A stretch of DNA of 64,000 nucleotides, from assembly GCA_015056975.1 (NCBI GenBank), contig SVFG01000002.1, positions 5,553-69,552 of the forward strand. Direction: 5' to 3'. Shown here piece by piece: positions 57,240-64,000 of this stretch. Below the pieces are notes generated by a model. It had not been told where the DNA came from and made no database searches. It saw only the letters and a program-made list of their open reading frames with translations. Position 1 is the first letter of the stretch; each line of letters begins with the position of its first letter. The position numbers and the translations under genes are program-made. This DNA comes from Lachnospiraceae bacterium (GTDB lineage Bacteria > Bacillota > Clostridia > Lachnospirales > Lachnospiraceae).

Positions 57240-58519
57240 CCTCTTACATTTTTCACCTTTCTTTGTTTCTTCATCTTATATAGCTCTTCTGTAGCCAAAC
57301 GTGCTTTGGTCACGGACACATCTCCTTTTGGGAAACAGAAATAGGAGAATTCATTGTCTCCAATTCCAATCACATCACCAATCTCATACCAGTAGTAATC
57401 GGAATATAAGGTATGTGAAAATACAGGAGACTGGCTGTAATCCAGTTTACTGTCCGCTCCGGTCAAGCGAAAACCATTCAAATCCTGTGTCAGATGTCCC
57501 GCACCAATCATACACACACCATCCAAATTCACCTGCACTGCAATATCTACATCCGTATCCAATAAATAAGTACCCTCTTCCAATTCTTGGCGAACGCATT
57601 CTCTCTGCCAACGGTACCAGTCCGGAATATGCGCATACTCCGTCTCTGTCTCATTAGCAGACATCTGCCCATATTCATCCATGGTCCACTGCTTCTTACA
57701 GGCTTGACAGGTTAAGTGGATTCCCTTACCCTCCATCTTATTTTCACTGCCACAACAGGGACATTTGTAGAGGATTCTGTGAAGTCCGTCAGCGCGGAAA
57801 GGTACATCAATGGAAACCTTATTATCTCTCTGCCATGCAAAATTATCAAAGGAAAACGACTCTTCCAATAACGCGTCCAGCTCTTCCACGGATTTCTCTT
57901 TTACTTCCTCTGCCGTGGCAATACATTTTACATGTGCACTGACCTTTACGTCACGAATCTGAAGCATGTTATATAAAGGGTCTCTGTGAAAAGCTCCCTG
58001 GGTAATCACTGTCACAACCGGCACACCAAGGCGCTTCATTAAAACACCCATTTTCCGGGGTAAGGCCGTGGCACAACCATCAAAGGAATAGCCTGCTTCC
58101 GGATACATCAAGACGCTGGATTTGTTTTTCTTAATCATGTACTCCATATCCTTAATCAGAGATAAATCCGTAACATATTTGCGGGTAGGTGTACATCCAA
58201 GCAGACGCATCAGCTTCCCTAAAATACCGGTCATACCATCCACAGAAGATACGATACCCATTCTTCTCGGATAAAAGATGCCGTATGCAAGCTTCATATC
58301 CGTAAAGCTGGAATGATTCATCAAAATCAGACAGGGCTGCTTTCCCACAAGCTCCATACGCTCGGTTGTATAGGAAAACTTTATCCTCCGCAAGGTAGGC
58401 GCACAGATAATACGTACAACTGTAGCCAGCCACATCTGGGGCTTTAATGGTTTCTTGTGCTTTAACTTAGGCAGCTTCAGTACCTCGTCATAGGACATCT
58501 CTTTCGTGTTAATCTTCAT
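57227..58519 (-). CDS. PlsC-like (lysophospholipid) acyltransferase with C-terminal Cys cluster
   Basis: NHSSFTD (HX4D), YPEAG, YKCPCC...CQAC. Confidence 0.85.
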   Translation of the reverse strand: MKINTKEMSYDEVLKLPKLKHKKPLKPQMWLATVVRIICAPTLRRIKFSYTTERMELVGKQPCLILMNHSSFTDMKLAYGIFYPRRMGIVSSVDGMTGILGKLMRLLGCTPTRKYVTDLSLIKDMEYMIKKNKSSVLMYPEAGYSFDGCATALPRKMGVLMKRLGVPVVTVITQGAFHRDPLYNMLQIRDVKVSAHVKCIATAEEVKEKSVEELDALLEESFSFDNFAWQRDNKVSIDVPFRADGLHRILYKCPCCGSENKMEGKGIHLTCQACKKQWTMDEYGQMSANETETEYAHIPDWYRWQRECVRQELEEGTYLLDTDVDIAVQVNLDGVCMIGAGHLTQDLNGFRLTGADSKLDYSQSPVFSHTLYSDYYWYEIGDVIGIGDNEFSYFCFPKGDVSVTKARLATEELYKMKKQRKVKNVRGCIW

Positions 58520-58661
58520 TATGTAACCCTCACTCATACAGAAATATCGTCATACTGTAATCACTTATCATTATATCACAAAAATACGTTTTTTGATAAT
58601 AAAAAATCTCCTTCCCAACCGTTACGGTTAGCGAAAGAGATTTTGATTCTGCGACGGACCT

Positions 58662-59432
58662 TTACCTAAATTTAAACAGAAAAGTCAATAACGCAGGCAT
58701 ATGGCAGAACGGCCCCTCCAAGCGATACAACAGTTCACCCTTTTCTTCTTTTACAATCACCGGCAGCTTCTCCAAAGCCTGTCTTGTCTCCTCCGACTGC
58801 ACTTTTGCCCTTTCGGCAATCTCTGCTACTGACACATAAAGGTCAAAATCTGCAATGGTTAATTCATGAAGAGCGTACATAGTTTTCAGGACTTGGAGGT
58901 CTGAGAAACGCTCCATATTAAGTGACAGCTCATAAAGCTGGGAAATGCTCGGTGTCTGGAATTCCTTACCTAACGAAAAGAAAACACTGTCCGCCATTCT
59001 TCCGGTACTGCCCTCCGGCTCGGAGCAAATAGACAGTCCCCAAGAAGAAACATTATCTGTAGAATAATCCTTTTCCTGCCATGGCGTAAATTTCTTATAC
59101 CCATCAGTAACTGCAATCTCATGTAATAAGGCCGCAATACGATACGCATTCTCAAAGGCTTCTTTTTCCGGAAGAGAAACAAAATAATCCTTCAGATTTA
59201 AGCAAATGTCTCCAAGACCTTTTGTCTCCTTATAACCAAGAAGCTCGTCCACCGAAACCTCGAAAAGCTTAGCAAGCTCCGGTAACAGCTGGATATCCGG
59301 ACAACACTGACCATTTTCCCACTTTGAGACAGCCTGATTGGTAACACCAAGGTACTTTGCAAGTTCGTCCTGTGTAAGTCCTTTCTGCTTTCTTAAAAAT
59401 GTAATTTGTTCTTTCATATTTATTATGTTCAT
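58662..59432 (-). CDS. XRE-family transcriptional regulator
   Basis: LRKQKGLTQDELA.YLGVTNQAVSKWENG..CPD. Confidence 0.88.
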   Translation of the reverse strand: MNIINMKEQITFLRKQKGLTQDELAKYLGVTNQAVSKWENGQCCPDIQLLPELAKLFEVSVDELLGYKETKGLGDICLNLKDYFVSLPEKEAFENAYRIAALLHEIAVTDGYKKFTPWQEKDYSTDNVSSWGLSICSEPEGSTGRMADSVFFSLGKEFQTPSISQLYELSLNMERFSDLQVLKTMYALHELTIADFDLYVSVAEIAERAKVQSEETRQALEKLPVIVKEEKGELLYRLEGPFCHMPALLTFLFKFR

Positions 59433-59562
59433 AATCATTCTCCTTGTGTATGTTTCGTAGCTACACCTATAGTATACAGACACGTGCGGCTCAAAAACAA
59501 TAACTCATTGGTTTGAATATTTTGGCGCTTATCCAACTTGAAGTTGGATATAAAACTTGCTT

Positions 59563-60003
59563 TTACTCAAACCATTTCACTTTTAACACAAAGTTCTTTG
59601 CATCGCGATATCCCGCTCTACCATAATATCTTTCATGCATTTCATCCTTCACAGCCTGCAGTTCCACACAGGATGCACCGGCTTCCTTTACCCTTGCTTC
59701 CAGCTCAGCCAAAAGGGCACTCCCATAACCCATGCCTTGATGTTTATGTGCTATCAATATTTCTTCCAATGTGTAACCAATAATGTCATCGTACTGCTTG
59801 TAATACCCCATAACAAAACCGCATACTTCACCTGCATCGTCTTTCATTAACAGCGAATAAGAGTCATCTATGCTTAATACTTGTTGAATACGTCTTCTTG
59901 CTGTTTCTTCTGTCCAGCAACCCTCTTCATAGTTGTTGTAATAATCTATGTATATCGGAATGACAGTGTCAATATCCTTTATGTCCATTACTTCAATTTG
60001 CAT
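59563..60003 (-). CDS. GNAT N-acetyltransferase
   Basis: Acetyl-CoA motif HQGMGYGS; WTEETA.RRI; YY.RAGY. Confidence 0.88.
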   Translation of the reverse strand: MQIEVMDIKDIDTVIPIYIDYYNNYEEGCWTEETARRRIQQVLSIDDSYSLLMKDDAGEVCGFVMGYYKQYDDIIGYTLEEILIAHKHQGMGYGSALLAELEARVKEAGASCVELQAVKDEMHERYYGRAGYRDAKNFVLKVKWFE

Positions 60004-60265
60004 GTTTTCTCCATTCATCCTTTAATAGGCGATATTCCAATCGCGTTTTCATTTTTCCATCATGCCATTCATAATCCACATGTTCCGCTTCTTTAATCAA
60101 ACCGCATTTCTGCATTACTCTTTCAGAGCCAACATTTTCAGCCAGACACCCTGTGGTAACTCTATATACATCATTATCCAAAAAGGCGAATTCTAAAATC
60201 CTCCTTAAAGCTTCAGTTGTATAGCCCATTCCCCAAAACTCCGGATAAACAAAATATCCTGCAAA
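59993..60265 (-). pseudogene. 5'-truncated RimJ/RimL-type GNAT
   Basis: GYFVYPEFWGMGYTTEAL...N.GSERVMQKCG is only the C-terminal half of the fold. Upstream in-frame sequence is promoter-like (TGTGCTATAAT), and the ATGs after the RBS are out of frame. Confidence 0.7.
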
Positions 60266-60439
60266 TAATACATTGTCTTGACATCTTCCTTTCTTACAGA
60301 AATGCAAGACTTCTGTTACATTATAGCACAAAGCCACATTCGCTAACAAGTAAAGGGGTACATACTAAAAAAATTGCCTCAGAACCTTTACAGATTCTGA
60401 GGCATACTCTTCTTATATTTAACCTATACCAAGTTAATC

Positions 60440-61204
60440 TTACAATGTTGCGCCGAAATCGGATACGATAACCTGACCTGTGATAGCACGTGATTCATCA
60501 CTTGCAAGGAACAGTAAAATATTAGCAACATCTTCCGGCATACAAATCGGCACTGACAGATTCATGTGCTTTCTCATCTGACCAAACATATCCTGATTCA
60601 AGGTAGCAGGATCTGTTTTTGCCATGGGAGTTGCAATGGAGCTGGGATTGATGGAATTACAACGAATTCCTGTACCCGCAAAACGCATTGCCGTATGCTT
60701 GGTTAAACCGATAACTGCCGCTTTACTTGTAACATATGCAGCACCGCCGGTACCGAACTGACCTGCAACAGAATCCAAATTGATAATGGAACCTGCGTTG
60801 TTCTTCATCATTTCCTTCACTGCTGCTCTGGTGCAGTAGAGTGTTCCCTTTGTATTGATACCAAGTACCCACTCAAGGTCCTCATCTTCATAGCAGTCGA
60901 TAGGCTTTAAACCTGCCTCCAGCACACCTGCATTGTTTACCAATACATCTACTTTACCATACTTCTCAACGGTTTTTGCAATCAGATTCTCTGCATCCTC
61001 TACCTTGGATACATCGGTCTGTACAACAAGCACTTCACCACCGTTTGCTCTGATTTCCTCTGCAACTTCCTCCAATTGAGGGAGACGGCGTGCACTGATA
61101 ACAACCTTTGCACCTTCCTTAGCAAACAATTTTGCTGCAGTCGCACCAACACCGGAGTTACTTCCGGTAATGATAGCAACTTTTCCATCTAAACGTCCCA
61201 TCAA
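60440..61204 (-). CDS. Short-chain dehydrogenase/reductase (classical SDR)
   Basis: TGSNSGVG, NNAG, catalytic YVTSK, ITGQVI. Confidence 0.93.
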   Translation of the reverse strand: MMGRLDGKVAIITGSNSGVGATAAKLFAKEGAKVVISARRLPQLEEVAEEIRANGGEVLVVQTDVSKVEDAENLIAKTVEKYGKVDVLVNNAGVLEAGLKPIDCYEDEDLEWVLGINTKGTLYCTRAAVKEMMKNNAGSIINLDSVAGQFGTGGAAYVTSKAAVIGLTKHTAMRFAGTGIRCNSINPSSIATPMAKTDPATLNQDMFGQMRKHMNLSVPICMPEDVANILLFLASDESRAITGQVIVSDFGATL

Positions 61205-61295
61205 AATTTCCTCCTAAAGATTGATATAAATTTAACACTCGTTAGGTATATTGTATGACTAATTAATTTGTACGTCAATCAGAAAAAGTCTCATC

Positions 61296-61544
61296 TTACC
61301 ATATGATTCTTTCCGGCGAACACCAGCCGGACACATAATCCAGAATATCTGCGACATAATCATAAGCGATACCATCTTCTAACCCGTTGTGATATTCAAG
61401 CAATGGGCGATACACACTTTCTTTATCTACCCCCATTTCATGCAGTTTCATCAATAATTCATATCCCAGGTTTAAATCCGTATTATATGTATCTTCAGTC
61501 ACGGATGAAGATATTAATCTGATTTGTTCCATAATCTCTTCCAT
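61296..61544 (-). CDS. Small acidic hypothetical protein
   Basis: 82-aa ORF with an AG-rich RBS; C-terminal DILDYVSGWCSP. Confidence 0.6.
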   Translation of the reverse strand: MEEIMEQIRLISSSVTEDTYNTDLNLGYELLMKLHEMGVDKESVYRPLLEYHNGLEDGIAYDYVADILDYVSGWCSPERIIW

Positions 61545-61557
61545 ACTTATCTTCTCT

Positions 61558-61656
61558 CTATAATTCTTTCAAATTCTCAATTCTTTCCGGATTCTCAGAT
61601 GCCGCCCATTCCTTTAATTTGTCACAAGGAAACTCCTTACAATGTAAATTACGATA
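61558..61656 (-). pseudogene. Relic C-terminus of a DUF3795-like Cys-rich protein
   Basis: Manual translation YRNLHCKEFPCDKLKEWAASENPERIENLKEL*, with no start codon, directly after the GyrI stop. Confidence 0.55.
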
Positions 61657-61657
61657 A

Positions 61658-62749
61658 TTACAGCCTCCCAATAGGGAAAAACATATAGTTCTTTCCGGTC
61701 TGCGGGCAGGTAAAATCATGTACCGCACCAACCAGCGGAATGTTATTCTCTTCCAGATACTTTATCACCTGAGGGAATGTATTCTCTCCTTCACATTCTA
61801 CATAAAGATACTCATACCCCGGAATCACCCACTTTGTCCATCCTTCCGGAGCCTCTGCGTCATCTGCACACTCTACTCCTGCCAAATAAAGTCCCTTGGT
61901 AAATCCGTCCTCCCACGGTAAAAAGGAGCGGGACATATCTGACATAGCGCCCCAAATACCTAAAACATTGCCTTCCTCGTCCTTTTTAGCCAATTCTGCT
62001 ACCTCATTAAAATGACTGTTGGCATCTTCCCACAGCTTTTGAATAAAGCCTTCTCCATCAGTTGTGGAGCCCTCTTTACCGATAACTGTAAATGACTCTT
62101 TGATGCACTTATTGTATTCCACTTTTCTTATTGGGTGTCTAATAACTGTTTTCCACTTTTCCGGAGCAACTTTTCTTGCATCAGACATATAAATCTCATG
62201 ATGCAATCGGTCATTGTTCATGTCATTAACATATCCATTTTGCTCTAAATAAGCATCCATCAATGCAACAGTTGCCGGCTCATCGTCAAAAGAACCGGAA
62301 TGCATAATCTGAACGCATAACCCTTCTTCGATGGTAAGATATTCAGCCGAGGAACAATCAAGTTTTTTCTTTTGGGTTGCCGTTTTTACCGCCCATTCAA
62401 AATCCTTTTTCGTAACAAAATCAGGCAATCGAATAACTGAAATCCAATGAAATGCAGATTTGTTCGCATAATCTACACCCTCTACACCATCTTGCCACCA
62501 AAAACCTTCAAGCGGTGGAACAACATATTCAAAGAAGCCCTCAATTTTGTAATCAGTCTTATAACTCATTTTTAGTGTATATGCAATTGCATATAAAACG
62601 CTGATCGCTTGCTGATACGCTCCACCTTCTTCATTAGGATTGCCTTCTCCTCTAATTGCAATATAATTCGCCGAAGGAACATTTACTATCTCCGGTTTGT
62701 TCTTCGGCATATAAAATTCTTTGTACTCTTTCTTAAAATCAAACGCCAT
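61658..62749 (-). CDS. Tandem GyrI-like small-molecule-binding domain protein
   Basis: Domain 1 runs from MAFDFKKEYK through PLEGFWW to HHEIY.SD...TVIRHPI. Domain 2 runs from KESFTVIGKEG through LYLAGVE to YMFFPI. Confidence 0.85.
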   Translation of the reverse strand: MAFDFKKEYKEFYMPKNKPEIVNVPSANYIAIRGEGNPNEEGGAYQQAISVLYAIAYTLKMSYKTDYKIEGFFEYVVPPLEGFWWQDGVEGVDYANKSAFHWISVIRLPDFVTKKDFEWAVKTATQKKKLDCSSAEYLTIEEGLCVQIMHSGSFDDEPATVALMDAYLEQNGYVNDMNNDRLHHEIYMSDARKVAPEKWKTVIRHPIRKVEYNKCIKESFTVIGKEGSTTDGEGFIQKLWEDANSHFNEVAELAKKDEEGNVLGIWGAMSDMSRSFLPWEDGFTKGLYLAGVECADDAEAPEGWTKWVIPGYEYLYVECEGENTFPQVIKYLEENNIPLVGAVHDFTCPQTGKNYMFFPIGRL

Positions 62750-62837
62750 TAAATTCCTCCGTAATAATCAAAGACTTCAATCACTCCCCTAACCTTTTCA
62801 GTTAGAGGCGGTGATTCTGTCATTTTTACAACCCAGC

Positions 62838-64000
62838 CTATTCCATTACAACCATCCCATGCCCTACCAGCTTAGGAACTTCGACAAAAACATACCCGTC
62901 TTTATATTCAAAATGAAGCTCCTCCATTGTGGGTGCCAGATACACTCTCTGCGGGACCTTCTCGCATCGAATCTGCATCTGAATGTCTATCAGCGGAAGA
63001 CGCGTATCCACCACTGTCATTCTTCGGCTTTTCTTTTCTGCGATATAATGAAGTATGTGAACAATTGTCTTGTCCTGCTGTGTCCTATATGTGACCTCTG
63101 CGCTGGACGGCAAATTCGTGCGCATAAGCGGCGCATCCAGTAACAGATTAATACATTTTTCAATAATATCACGATTTAATCTGGCTCCCAGTTCGATGTA
63201 TTCCGAGAACACCTGATTTGCAATATAAATCACATTTCCGTTCCTCACAATAGACGCATTTCCGGTAAGACACTCAAAGGGGAAATGCCTGTGTGAGCAG
63301 AAACGGTCGTAACTGCGATTGAAATAGGGTCTGCCCTCCTGTGCCAGTATTTGGGTACCTGCTATGGCTTTTACACTGACACTCTCCTGATACATTGCAT
63401 ACTCCAATGCAGGCAAATCTCCTCTAAAGGAATCCTCCAAAACAATATAGGAAGGGATATAAGGATTCGTTTCTATGTACTCCACACCAAGTTCCTTTAT
63501 TATAAATTCCTGTGAATCCGCATCAAAACCGGAGCGACAGCTTGCAATAAGCTTTCCTCCCTGCTTAAGATAAGCCGATATTTTCTCAGCAATCTTGGAA
63601 TCAATCCGGGCATTGTCCGGCAAAATGAGCAATTTATACTTCTGTAAATCATCCTCACAGTCTATGAAATCAAACTGATGATGCAATTCCAGCATCATGC
63701 GCAGCGCACCTTCATTAGGCGTAAAATCCTTATCTGTCGGTCCGTTCACCATGAAAATTCCGATATCGGCCTGTTTCTTTGAAGCCCTGCACCAAGGCTC
63801 CCTCTCTTCGATTTGCGCATACACCTGACCGATTCTTTCATAGACATCCTTATCCAATACCCCTCTCGGATGCATCTGGTCACCAATACAGATTTTACTT
63901 CCGTTCATAATCATTCGGAAACACTCATATTCCAGAGCCTCCAAATTGCGCAAGCTTCCAAAATCTCCCCATACATTGTGGAATTTACCATTCATTCCGA
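62838..64000 (-). CDS. Glycoside hydrolase with GH42-like trimerisation (GATase-like) domain, C-terminal part; runs off the window end
   Basis: GKFH..WGDFG, IGDQMHPRG, L.KYKLLILPD...YLKQGGKLI. Confidence 0.7.
   Translation of the reverse strand, partial: GMNGKFHNVWGDFGSLRNLEALEYECFRMIMNGSKICIGDQMHPRGVLDKDVYERIGQVYAQIEEREPWCRASKKQADIGIFMVNGPTDKDFTPNEGALRMMLELHHQFDFIDCEDDLQKYKLLILPDNARIDSKIAEKISAYLKQGGKLIASCRSGFDADSQEFIIKELGVEYIETNPYIPSYIVLEDSFRGDLPALEYAMYQESVSVKAIAGTQILAQEGRPYFNRSYDRFCSHRHFPFECLTGNASIVRNGNVIYIANQVFSEYIELGARLNRDIIEKCINLLLDAPLMRTNLPSSAEVTYRTQQDKTIVHILHYIAEKKSRRMTVVDTRLPLIDIQMQIRCEKVPQRVYLAPTMEELHFEYKDGYVFVEVPKLVGHGMVVME

Noticed and set aside
55442-62749. Integron cassette array or prophage remnant
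   Set aside because: There is no integrase, no repeated attC-like site and no phage structural gene. The intergenic hairpins are unrelated terminators.
27-63143. Numerous 60-230 aa antisense or overlapping ORFs in the track (e.g. 27-644, 3218-3916, 51361-51990)
   Set aside because: They are shadows of well-supported genes on the opposite strand or in another frame, with no recognisable motifs.

Overview
The window looks like chromosomal DNA from a sporulating Clostridia member, most likely Lachnospiraceae (inferred from gene content and order). Most genes are on the minus strand. It has five parts. (1) 1-6030: a tightly coupled operon, cut off by the window edge, encoding a CDP-archaeol synthase (CarS)-like enzyme, two dikinase/rifampin-phosphotransferase-type phosphotransferases, PssA, Psd and a UbiA-family prenyltransferase. 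This resembles the late archaeal ether-lipid pathway and is the best candidate here for an undescribed system. (2) 6.2-12.8 kb: an XRE-TPR regulator and an OmpR/histidine kinase/ABC exporter module. An array of covarying hairpins with 69-bp spacing sits where spo0A usually follows spoIVB. (3) 12.8-32.5 kb: the conserved spoIIIAA-AH ... asp23-nusB-xseAB-ispA-dxs-tlyA-nadK-argR-recN-spoIVB block, with deoB, prfC and a transglutaminase-like gene inside it. (4) 32.6-55.3 kb: MntR, FliB, a MATE transporter, a ~245-bp inverted-repeat element, cytoplasmic CAZymes (GH51, GH27, GH43, CE1-like), MgtE, a GGDEF protein, a hybrid kinase, a CoA-transferase and a TetR-PfkB pair. (5) 55.4-64 kb: a high-turnover accessory tract with regulators, GNATs, an SDR, a GyrI fusion and several gene relics. 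I found no rRNA, tRNA, CRISPR array or transposase. All family calls come from motif recognition by eye, not from database searches.
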